Positions 1 to 8,634 of a stretch of 64,000 nt of DNA are shown piece after piece. Under the pieces are notes generated by a model that saw nothing but the letters and a program-made list of their open reading frames with translations, did no database searches and was not told the DNA's origin. The stretch is from Pseudomonadota bacterium (GTDB lineage Bacteria > Bdellovibrionota_C > UBA2361 > OMII01), in NCBI GenBank assembly GCA_041178185.1, contig JBEGVS010000024.1, positions 22,284-86,283 on the forward strand, read 5' to 3'. The stretch's first letter is position 1, and the number at the start of each line of letters is the position of its first letter. The position numbers and the translations under genes are program-made.

Positions 1-273
1 ATCGGTGCTCAGGGAGACGCACAGCGCCAACGAGCCGATGAGCAGGAGGAGCGACTACGTCGTCAAGAGCGGGAGTTAGAGCGCCAACGCCGCGAGATAG
101 AGGAGCTTAAGAGAGGGCGTCGCTTCGAGAGCGACCGTTCGACGTATCCCCCCGAGTCGACGCAGCGGTATGGTGAGTCGACGCAGCGGTATGGGGACGC
201 TCCCTACCCCGAGGATAATCGAGAGGATCGATTGTACGACGAGATTGAGGATGACTTTAGGCAAGACTTTTAA
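1..273 (+). CDS. C-terminal part of a hypothetical protein with an E/R-rich coiled coil and a low-complexity tail (5' truncated by the window edge)
   Basis: Frame 1 is open from base 1 to TAA at 271-273 and reads IGAQGDAQRQRADEQEERLRRQERELERQRREIEEL...DDFRQDF*. Not in the ORF track because its start lies outside the window. Confidence 0.65.
   Translation: MGAQGDAQRQRADEQEERLRRQERELERQRREIEELKRGRRFESDRSTYPPESTQRYGESTQRYGDAPYPEDNREDRLYDEIEDDFRQDF
154..195 (+). repeat. Two in-frame 21-bp tandem copies (ESTQRYG x2)
   Basis: gagtcgacgcagcggtatggt followed by gagtcgacgcagcggtatggg. Confidence 0.85.
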
Positions 274-365
274 GTCGAACGTTGCGCGGTGCCGGAGCCT
301 CCCGTTCGCAAGTTTCATCATCGACAAAGATACGCAGGTTGAAAGCTCGATACCTGGATCGATTA

Positions 366-1616
366 TCAAGGCATCGATACTATCATAGCCCCCGCTCCCC
401 CACCCGCAGCACATATGCTGATAGCGCCTCTCGACTGCTTTCGCTGCCGCAATGCTTGGCAGATGGTGAGCATCAGGCGGCCACCTGTTGCTGCGAAGGG
501 ATGTCCTAACGCGATAGAGCCCCCGGCCACGTTCATCTTCTCTCCGGGAATCTCCCCTCGGACCTCAGTTGTGGGATAACGGCTCCATCCATCGCGCCAC
601 ACCTTCATGTTACACAACACCTGCGCGGCAAAAGCCTCATGAATCTCAAAGAGGTCGATATCTCGGAACTGGAGATTGTGTCGCTTCAACAGTCGCGGAA
701 GCGCCAACGCTGGCGCCATCAACAAACCATCTCCTGGGGGAACCGACGCAAACTGAATACTGTCGATGAAACCAAGTATCTCTCGATTCTGCCTGCGAGC
801 CAGATCCTCGGACATCAGTACAACCGCTGAGGCACCGTCTGTGAGGGCACTGGCGTTCCCGGCCGTTATCGTACCCCGCGCGCTACGGTCAAAAACGGGC
901 TTGAGGGCAGCGAGCGCGGACATAGAGGTGTCGGGGCGCACGAGGTTATCCTCTGAGATCCCTCCCAGAGGAAGGATCTGCTCGGCGAGGAAACCAGCCG
1001 ACCGGGCCTCGGAAGCGCGTTGATGACTCGCACACGCGATCTGGTCCTGATCCTCTCTCGATATCTTGAACTCCTGCGCCATGAGCTCACAATGTTGTCC
1101 CATGGTCAGACCGGTTGAGGGCTCTTTCGGGCTCGGCGCCTGTGGAGCGAGAAAACCCGGGCGGAACGAGGCGAGCAGCGCCATCTTAGCTCCCAAGCTG
1201 CGAGCCTTTGCCATGCTGATAAAAAACCGCTCCCCTTTTCTCGGGAACGTCAGGGTGGGCTGCGACATCGACTCACTCCCGCCCACGATAGCGCATGAAA
1301 TACGACCGGATGCGATCGCATCGACCGCAGCACTCGCTGCGACGAGACCCGTGATACAATTATTGGCGATAAAGTGCCCGTCGATAGTCTTTGGCAGTCC
1401 AGAGCGGAGCACTATCTCTCGAGCCATGTTCGGAATGCGCGGATCAAGTAGCACCGTGCCGAAGTAGAGCTCTTCGACAACACTTGGGTCGAGACCGAGC
1501 TTTTCAATACAACCCACAACGACATGTTTACCGAGATCAAGGGCCGAATACTTTGAAAAAACCCCGGCCGCTTTTACAAAGGGCGTCCGCACCCCACCAA
1601 CAATCGCAACTCGCAT
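366..1616 (-). CDS. fadI: Acetyl-CoA C-acyltransferase (thiolase, FadI/TFE-beta-like)
   Basis: N-terminal VAIVGGVRTPF, active-site NNCITG, HEAFAAQ, GGSIALGHPFAATG and CAAGG motifs. Start taken at MRVAIV (ATG 1616). Family is firm; the symbol is less so. Confidence 0.85.
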   Translation of the reverse strand: MRVAIVGGVRTPFVKAAGVFSKYSALDLGKHVVVGCIEKLGLDPSVVEELYFGTVLLDPRIPNMAREIVLRSGLPKTIDGHFIANNCITGLVAASAAVDAIASGRISCAIVGGSESMSQPTLTFPRKGERFFISMAKARSLGAKMALLASFRPGFLAPQAPSPKEPSTGLTMGQHCELMAQEFKISREDQDQIACASHQRASEARSAGFLAEQILPLGGISEDNLVRPDTSMSALAALKPVFDRSARGTITAGNASALTDGASAVVLMSEDLARRQNREILGFIDSIQFASVPPGDGLLMAPALALPRLLKRHNLQFRDIDLFEIHEAFAAQVLCNMKVWRDGWSRYPTTEVRGEIPGEKMNVAGGSIALGHPFAATGGRLMLTICQALRQRKQSRGAISICAAGGGAGAMIVSMP

Positions 1617-1729
1617 ACCCTCAGATCCCCTTTTCGGAGCGGACACCCCTCTCGGCGCCCTCACTACATCTCGCGAGGTACGTTCCCGTGAACGGGGGAT
1701 CTCCGCAAGGGAGATTTATGTGCTCACCC

Positions 1730-2581
1730 TCACGCTTTCGCGAACAGCTTCAGTTGTGGGTCGACCGGCTGGAGCCCTGCGGGATGAAAGAGCTTCTTGG
1801 AGTTCACCGTCGCCACTCCGTCCAGAAGGGGCGTATGGGTATCCTGCCTCAACCAGAAGAACTGTCGGTCACTCGCGAGCTTTCGAGCCAGCGGCGTGGT
1901 AGGTCGAGGAACCCCACACGTCTGAATCATCGAACGCACGGTCACGTAATCCGCCTCGGCACAGAGCTTATCAGCGAACGCCATCGCGTCGTTTCGCCAA
2001 TCTCCGTAGGGCAAAATTGGAGCCACTTGAGCCCCCACCCTGAGCCCAAACCTACGTAGAGCCCGCATCGTTTTCCAGCGCTCCTCGACGGTCGGAAGAT
2101 CCGGGGTGTAGCGACGGGCAACCTCTTCGAGAGGGGTCTCGATACCGATCGATACGTAGGTGGTCTCCCTAACCTTCTTGAGCATCGGTAAGCCAATAAC
2201 CACGAGGGGAGAGCGGGTCTGAATGACCAGCCTTCCCGGGACGTAGCGCTCGAAGAGCTCGAGGAACTTCATGCTCGTTGCGAACTTTTCATCGAAGGGA
2301 TGAAACGGATCGGTGGTGACGCCAAAAACGATCGTGGTTCTTCTCAGCTCTCCCTTCATCGAGAGCCTTTGAAGGTGTCGCTCGAGGTCGGCGAGCGGCT
2401 CCCCTTGCTTCATCACGTACCGACTTCGGAGCGACATCGGTGTGGACCGCTCCCCATCCATCTCTAGCTCAAGGCCTGACCCGGCTGGGTCTATCCGTCC
2501 AATCGATATGCCTCTGGCGTACGAGTCAACTACAAGAATGGGATGTGAGAGCCTGCCCCCACCGATCGTTGTCTTAGTCAT
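1730..2581 (-). CDS. Degenerate SplB/Rv2578c-like radical-SAM-fold protein lacking CxxxCxxC, with C-terminal QLKLF
   Basis: TDPFHPFD, IQTRSPLV, SIGIET..EEVARRYTPD.PT.EERW and VAPILP match the SplB-like core. There is no Cys in the N-terminal ~200 aa. Confidence 0.7.
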   Translation of the reverse strand: MTKTTIGGGRLSHPILVVDSYARGISIGRIDPAGSGLELEMDGERSTPMSLRSRYVMKQGEPLADLERHLQRLSMKGELRRTTIVFGVTTDPFHPFDEKFATSMKFLELFERYVPGRLVIQTRSPLVVIGLPMLKKVRETTYVSIGIETPLEEVARRYTPDLPTVEERWKTMRALRRFGLRVGAQVAPILPYGDWRNDAMAFADKLCAEADYVTVRSMIQTCGVPRPTTPLARKLASDRQFFWLRQDTHTPLLDGVATVNSKKLFHPAGLQPVDPQLKLFAKA

Positions 2582-2969
2582 ACGAACCCCCCGTTAACGT
2601 AGGGCATACGGAGGCCGTTTTGGCCACCGCCCCTACTTTAAACTCGTTAAACTTATGACGCCGGAGAGGGGCAAATAGGTTCAAACAACTTAAAGTAGGA
2701 CGGTAAAATTTGCAGGGGTTACACCCCAGCTCGTCTAAGCCCTTAAAGACTGAGGGAAAAAGACAACAAACGGGACGCTTTCGGGGATTTACTCCCCCGA
2801 CTCCTTGTTCAATAATCCATCTGGTCAGCCCCGACGGCGCTGAGAGAGGATCCCTCTTAGGGTTCCCACATGATTAAAATAGTACTCTCGTGGCCCCACC
2901 CGCCCTTCCCTCGGGGAGTGTGGAGATAGGAACCAACAGGTACGCAGATGTAGTTTTGGAAGGACTTTT

Positions 2970-3299
2970 ATGGCCGGAAACGTAGCAGAGATAACTGACG
3001 CAGAATTCGAGGATAAGGTACTCAAAGCCTCAACCCCCGTAGTAGTTGTCGATTTCTGGGCGCCGTGGTGCGGTCCCTGTAAGAGCATCGCGCCTGTCCT
3101 CGATGAAATCGCCAAGGAGCTCGGCGGCCAGGTCTCCATCGTCAAGGTAAACGTAGACGACAATCCTAAGAGCCCCGCTCAGTACAGCGTTCGAGCTATC
3201 CCTAACCTTATTATCTTCAAGGGTGGAGCTGAGGTGGATCGTGTTGTGGGAGCGGTTCCAAAGGACCAACTCGTAGCCACCATCAAGAAAGCGATCTAA
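2970..3299 (+). CDS. trxA: Thioredoxin
   Basis: VDFWAPWCGPCK active site, 109 aa, RBS-like ggaagga upstream. Confidence 0.97.
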   Translation: MAGNVAEITDAEFEDKVLKASTPVVVVDFWAPWCGPCKSIAPVLDEIAKELGGQVSIVKVNVDDNPKSPAQYSVRAIPNLIIFKGGAEVDRVVGAVPKDQLVATIKKAI

Positions 3300-3389
3300 T
3301 GCGCGCGGAGTAAGGAACTCCCCGTCATACCCCGCGTGTCCCTCTCCATGTGCTGAGGGATACGCGGGGTGTTTATTTGTGCGGTCTCT

Positions 3390-4241
3390 ATGGAATGGTT
3401 TCGCATAACGCTCAAACCCGCTCCTCTCCTCTCGGGCGAGGAGGTAGACACCCTGTGCTGTTCACTGATAGAGCGGGGAGCTGCTGGCACCACGGTGGAG
3501 GCCGATGGACGGATATCGTGCTTTATAAACGGTGAGCGTGTTGAGGCAGAGCGCCTTGCAGCCTTTGCGTCCGGGGAAAGTTGCACGGTCGTCTCCGTAG
3601 CCCCCGTAGAGGAGGAGAATTGGAACCAACAGTGCTCTGAGGTTTGGCAACCTGTGAGCGCGGGCACCCTCAAAGTCATCCCTGTGGAGACAATCGAAGA
3701 TACCTCCCTATCGGAGCCTACCACGATTAAAATTATTCCGGGGCAGGGATTCGGCACGGGGCATCATCCAACCACCCGGATGATCCTTCAAACGCTCAGT
3801 GAACGAACAGCGGAGCTGGCAGGAAAAGACCTCTCGATCTTCGACCTTGGAACGGGAAGCGGGATCCTGGCTATCGCTGCGGCTAAGATATTTAATCGCT
3901 CGGTGGAGGCTGTCGATAACGACCCCTTCGCGATTACAAATGCCATCGACAACGTAGCTCTTAACAAGCTCTCCCATCTCATCTCACCAGCGCTCACACC
4001 TATTCAAGAGCTCAATCGGCCCTTCAACCTGATACTGGCCAACCTATACGGTGAGGTGCTCGTTCAACTCGCCCCCGAGGTTACGCGACTCGCCCTCCCC
4101 GGCTGCGTGGCGATCATGTCGGGCATTACGGAGCTCGTACGGGACTCCGTGGTCGACACGTATATCGAAAACCACGCATGGGTTTTGGATGAGGAGATGA
4201 GTGAGGGCGGGTGGCATTGTATCACCTTGGTGCGCCCGTAA
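3390..4241 (+). CDS. prmA: Ribosomal protein L11 methyltransferase
   Basis: EENW, PGQGFGTGHHPTT, DLGTGSGILAI, DND and ILANL motifs. Alternative start at GTG 3369. Confidence 0.9.
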   Translation: MEWFRITLKPAPLLSGEEVDTLCCSLIERGAAGTTVEADGRISCFINGERVEAERLAAFASGESCTVVSVAPVEEENWNQQCSEVWQPVSAGTLKVIPVETIEDTSLSEPTTIKIIPGQGFGTGHHPTTRMILQTLSERTAELAGKDLSIFDLGTGSGILAIAAAKIFNRSVEAVDNDPFAITNAIDNVALNKLSHLISPALTPIQELNRPFNLILANLYGEVLVQLAPEVTRLALPGCVAIMSGITELVRDSVVDTYIENHAWVLDEEMSEGGWHCITLVRP

Positions 4242-4398
4242 GCAGAGCATCTCAGGGATTCCTTCACGATCCTCGACCAATCATTCTCAATCCTTCGATT
4301 CCCCTTGCCTGTTTCACCACTGGAGTGCTTATCTAAGAGTGAGGTGACGGCGATGTGCCTAGCCGTATCTCAAGTCACGCATAGCATCAACGAGACCT

Positions 4399-5430
4399 AT
4401 GAAAGCGATATTCTTTGAGCAACACGGAGAGATAGATACACTTAAGTATGCGGATATCCCTCAACCGGAGCCAAGGCCCGGGGAGGCCCTCGTTCGAGTT
4501 AAAGCGGTCGCCCTTAACCATCTCGATATTTGGGTGCGACGGGGATGGAAAGGTCTCAACGTGGAGATGCCCCATATCACGGGTTCAGATGTCTCTGGTG
4601 AGATAGTGGCAGTCAACACACCGGGAACAACGTGGGTCCCTGGCACCCGAGTCATCGTCAATCCTGGAATCATCACCTCGGACGATGAGTGGACCCGCAA
4701 AGGGGAAGATAGCCTCAGCCCGGGGTTTAAGATCCTTGGGGAACAAGTTCGAGGTGGCATGGCGGAGTACGTGTGTGTGCCGGCAACGAATCTCTTTCGA
4801 CTCCCCGACACAGTGTCGTTCGAGGAGGGGGCAGCTCCCCTACTCGTCGGCCTCACCTGCTGGCGCATGCTCTTTAAGCGCGCGCACCTTCGTCCTGGGG
4901 AGACCGTATTGGTGGTTGGTTCCGGTGGTGGGGTGAACTCCCTCTCGATCCTACTCGCTCGAGCAGCCGGAGCAAACGTGATCGCACTCTCCTCCTCTCC
5001 TGCCAAGCTTGAGAAGGCGATGGCGCTCGGCGCCTCAGCGGTCATTGATTATACAACCCATCAAGACTGGCCCGCCGAGGTCCTCAAGCTCACCAAGGGA
5101 CGAGGTGTCGATGTCGTAGTAGACAACGTAGGGGCAAAAACCTTTCCAAAGAGCCTGCGAAGCGTCGCACGAGGTGGTCGTATCGTCACGGTAGGCAACA
5201 CCAAGGGATACGAACTTTCGTTCGACAACCGCCTGCTCTTCACGAAGCAGGTATCGCTCATAGGTTCAACGATGGGTAGTCGCTCGGACTTCACCGAGGC
5301 TATGGAGTTTATCTTCCAACACAAGATCCGCATACCTATCGATACCGTTGCTCCGTTGTCAGAGGGAATGAAGATGCTTAAGCGTCTTGAGGATGGCCAA
5401 CAGTTCGGAAAGATCGTCCTGAAACCCTAG
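4399..5430 (+). CDS. Medium-chain dehydrogenase/reductase (quinone oxidoreductase-like, NADPH)
   Basis: ALNHLDIW, PHITGSDVSG, VLVVGSGGGV, GSTMG and C-terminal QFGKIVL. Confidence 0.88.
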   Translation: MKAIFFEQHGEIDTLKYADIPQPEPRPGEALVRVKAVALNHLDIWVRRGWKGLNVEMPHITGSDVSGEIVAVNTPGTTWVPGTRVIVNPGIITSDDEWTRKGEDSLSPGFKILGEQVRGGMAEYVCVPATNLFRLPDTVSFEEGAAPLLVGLTCWRMLFKRAHLRPGETVLVVGSGGGVNSLSILLARAAGANVIALSSSPAKLEKAMALGASAVIDYTTHQDWPAEVLKLTKGRGVDVVVDNVGAKTFPKSLRSVARGGRIVTVGNTKGYELSFDNRLLFTKQVSLIGSTMGSRSDFTEAMEFIFQHKIRIPIDTVAPLSEGMKMLKRLEDGQQFGKIVLKP

Positions 5431-5546
5431 TTAGGAACGGGTAGAGGCACGTCCACACCATCGCAACCACGGATATGGGCTCTCCCACGGCAGGTGACGG
5501 ACCCTCATGATGTCGCGGGGTCAGACCTCTTTATCGAGCCAGCTCC

Positions 5547-7025
5547 CTACGCGGCCGACATCGCAGCAAACGCCCGCTCGATAGCCGCAGCCTCCGAGGG
5601 AACCGCGCCCGTCTCCACCAACACAGCAGCGATCGGCGCGACAAGCTCACGCCACCCCGGCACCGTGTGGAGGGCGAGCGATCCAAAAAGAAGCTCCTCA
5701 AGTGACGATACCTGATCACTGAGGACGGCAAGCGCTATCTCTCCCCGAAGTACTCCGCTACAGACCTCTTCAAATCCCCGCTCCATCTCAGGGATATAAC
5801 GAACTCGCCCATGCCACCGTTCGATAACGGCGGCGATAGTGTCCGCACATACACCGGCACTGCGTGCTTTTTCGACGAACTCCTCTCGCTCCCCCCCTCT
5901 CCACTCGCCGGGCAACGGGCGCCGAGAGCGTCGCGCGGTTTCATCCCCCTCGATGTAGGTGAGGGTCTTTTGAACTACCGTGAGAAACCTCCAGGGCGCT
6001 CCGTCATGGGCTATAAGGATTCCACGTCGGTTCTCTACTGCGATGTGACCACCGTAGACACTTCCAACGCTACGACGACTGACCTCCCGGATGAATGTAG
6101 AGCCACTCGCCTCGCACACCTGTCGGACGAGGCTTGAAACCGTAGCGCTGTCGGCACCACCGTTAACATCAAGAAGGGTGACCTCCACCACTCCTGGGCA
6201 AAGCTGACACACAGTACCGAGACCACCACCTGCGAGCTCCACGTCCCGCACAAAATCCAGCTCGCGGCTCCCCTCCACGGAACATACGACGGCCAGGTGT
6301 GGACGTACCACTCGAGGCAACTTCGTAATCGGGGTCCCGATCCGACTGACCAAGGACTGCGAGAAGGTGGGGTCCACAAAGATACCACCACCGCCTACGA
6401 CTCGCTGCTCGTCGCTTAAAAGATCGCGCACCGCGATACGGAACGTGCCGCTCTCAACATCCCGCTCGACGAACCCGGCGGTTGTTGCACCCATCACAAA
6501 CACACCTTCCTGTCGCGCGGCAAGAGCGAGCTCTCGAATAAGGGTTCGCTCATCACTATCGGGAATACCCGTAGCGATCTCCGGTGAACCGATCGAGCGT
6601 GCTATGGTATGAAGCCTTCGCAGGGCGAGGCGAGAACCGAAACCCCGGCGTCCTGCGCCCTCATAGGGCCGAACCTTGGTGAGGTGCGGAGCGAACGAGG
6701 TTAGTATGCGCTGAAGATCTCCCCACGATCTCAGAAGCGACCACGGAGATCTCGACACCTCTCTCAAGAGGCTATCCCGCCACGCACCCGCGTTACTACC
6801 GGGATAGGCCGGTTCAACTACAAGCACCCGAGCGCCGGCGAGCGCAGCTTCCCGCGCTACCGCAATTCCAGAGAGTCCGCAGCCGAACACGATGAGATCA
6901 AAACGCAGGCCGTTCTCCATGGCGCCAAACGCCTCTTTGCGCGTCATCAAACTGCTGAACGGCCCCTCGTGTCCGTGAGGAGTATCTCCTTCTCGAGGGT
7001 AGAGCGAGAGCCAGGAGCTACTCAT
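5547..7025 (-). CDS. Divergent FAD-dependent glycerol-3-phosphate dehydrogenase (GlpD)-like protein, probably degenerate
   Basis: FDLIVFGCGLSGIAVAREAALAG Rossmann start, DERTLIRELALAA, PLPG and LRGEIALAV...LEELL match GlpD. The SSKLIHGGLRYL motif is absent. Confidence 0.6.
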   Translation of the reverse strand: MSSSWLSLYPREGDTPHGHEGPFSSLMTRKEAFGAMENGLRFDLIVFGCGLSGIAVAREAALAGARVLVVEPAYPGSNAGAWRDSLLREVSRSPWSLLRSWGDLQRILTSFAPHLTKVRPYEGAGRRGFGSRLALRRLHTIARSIGSPEIATGIPDSDERTLIRELALAARQEGVFVMGATTAGFVERDVESGTFRIAVRDLLSDEQRVVGGGGIFVDPTFSQSLVSRIGTPITKLPRVVRPHLAVVCSVEGSRELDFVRDVELAGGGLGTVCQLCPGVVEVTLLDVNGGADSATVSSLVRQVCEASGSTFIREVSRRSVGSVYGGHIAVENRRGILIAHDGAPWRFLTVVQKTLTYIEGDETARRSRRPLPGEWRGGEREEFVEKARSAGVCADTIAAVIERWHGRVRYIPEMERGFEEVCSGVLRGEIALAVLSDQVSSLEELLFGSLALHTVPGWRELVAPIAAVLVETGAVPSEAAAIERAFAAMSAA

Positions 7026-7350
7026 CGATCCGGACTCGCCAGTGTGCTCCGCCCGTAACCGTTACCTGCCAGGTACCAGCGGCCAATCCATTAAATAAAC
7101 ACTCACCCTTGGCGGAGAGGTTCTCTCGACGCTCTGAAGCGATACCATCAATATTAGTTGCGACACACTCCCCTCGCACCCCTTTCGGATCTACTACGGA
7201 GACGGTGACTCGAGAGGAGTCTCGTACGACCCGAACAGCCCGTATGAGACCAGTTGAGTCTACAATCTTTATGTCGGCGGCTTCCGAATGCTCTTGAATC
7301 GCCAGGACCCCTAGGATACCGATGAGAAAGCCCACTAAGAATTTTATCAT
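7018..7350 (-). CDS. Hypothetical exported protein with a small beta-rich (carboxypeptidase-regulatory/Ig-like) domain
   Basis: Signal-peptide-like N-terminus and FNGLAAGTWQV. Tightly packed between purD and the GlpD-like gene. Confidence 0.65.
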   Translation of the reverse strand: MIKFLVGFLIGILGVLAIQEHSEAADIKIVDSTGLIRAVRVVRDSSRVTVSVVDPKGVRGECVATNIDGIASERRENLSAKGECLFNGLAAGTWQVTVTGGAHWRVRIDE

Positions 7351-7355
7351 ACCCG

Positions 7356-8621
7356 TTAGCTCCCGATATCTCTTCGAACCCGACGTCCGCGTAATTGAAT
7401 AAGGTCAACAGCCTTATACGCCACTCGTCGAGAGGCATCACCATCGCTTCCCAACCCAACAACGCTCAAGGTGCGTCCCCCTTGTGACACCAGACGCCCC
7501 TTATCATTCACAGAGGTCGCGGCGTGAAACACGATCGCATCGGGAACGAGAATCGCAAGTTCAACCCCGACGATCTCATCTCCCTTGGCAACACCCTCTG
7601 GATAGCCATCGGAAGCGATCACAACGCACGTGCTGACCTCGTTGCGCCAGGCGAGCGTTGGCTTCTCAATCCGAACTCCCGCGATCCACTGAAACAGCTC
7701 CGTGGGCTCGCTTGCCAAGCGAACCAGTATCGATTGACACTCAGGATCTCCAAGACGGGTATTGTACTCAAGAACTCGAATTCCCTCCGGACGACGAGCT
7801 GCGTCACGAGGGACCATGAGTCCCGCGTACAAAAATCCAGAGAATGGAGTCCCGCGCTTCGCCATCTCTGCAAGGATCGGCGCGGCACACCGCTCCTGAA
7901 TCCACTCAAGTTCAGCGCCCGAGATACGGGGAGAGGGACACACAGACCCCATACCACCGGTGTTCGGTCCCTCGTCATTATCTCGGAGACGCTTGTAATC
8001 ATGTGCGGGGGCCAGCGGGATCAGATCCTTTCCGTTACACGCGAAGATGCAACTCACTTCAACGCCATCAAGGAACTCCTCTACCACTACTCGTTCGGCA
8101 CGAAGAGGCCCAAAGAGCTGCTGGAAGGCCGGCTCGAAGTCCTTAGCGTCTGTAACGACGAAAACTCCTTTACCCGACGCGAGGCCATCAGCTTTAAGCA
8201 CGAGCGGCGATCCCTTTTTGTGACAGTAGTCACGCAGCTCTCGCTCGCCGGTGAATACCTCGTAGGACGCCGTGGGAACACCAGCGGCGACCATAACCTC
8301 TTTGGCAAAGGCCTTTGAGCTCTCAAGGAGCGCGGCTGCTTTCGATGGACCGGCTATCGCTTTCCCATGAGCTTGGAAGAGATCTACGATACCCGCCTCA
8401 AGCGCTACCTCAGGACCAACCACCGTAAGATCAACCCCTCTCTCTTGCGCAAGCCTGAGGAGATCTTGCACGGAGGTCGCCGCTATCGGAATGACCTCTG
8501 CGCAGGTAGCGATGCCGGCGTTACCTGGCGCACACATAACCCTTGAAACCTGCTTCGACATCGCGAGCCGCCAACATAGTGCGTGCTCCCGTGCGCCACT
8601 TCCAACTACAAGAACTTTCAT
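7356..8621 (-). CDS. purD: Phosphoribosylamine-glycine ligase
   Basis: VLVVGSGAREHAL, APGNAG, KADGLASGKGV, DYKR...GPNTGGMG and EYNTRLGDPE. Start at MKVLVV (8621). Confidence 0.97.
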   Translation of the reverse strand: MKVLVVGSGAREHALCWRLAMSKQVSRVMCAPGNAGIATCAEVIPIAATSVQDLLRLAQERGVDLTVVGPEVALEAGIVDLFQAHGKAIAGPSKAAALLESSKAFAKEVMVAAGVPTASYEVFTGERELRDYCHKKGSPLVLKADGLASGKGVFVVTDAKDFEPAFQQLFGPLRAERVVVEEFLDGVEVSCIFACNGKDLIPLAPAHDYKRLRDNDEGPNTGGMGSVCPSPRISGAELEWIQERCAAPILAEMAKRGTPFSGFLYAGLMVPRDAARRPEGIRVLEYNTRLGDPECQSILVRLASEPTELFQWIAGVRIEKPTLAWRNEVSTCVVIASDGYPEGVAKGDEIVGVELAILVPDAIVFHAATSVNDKGRLVSQGGRTLSVVGLGSDGDASRRVAYKAVDLIQLRGRRVRRDIGS

Positions 8622-8634
8622 GCGAGCCTCGTCT

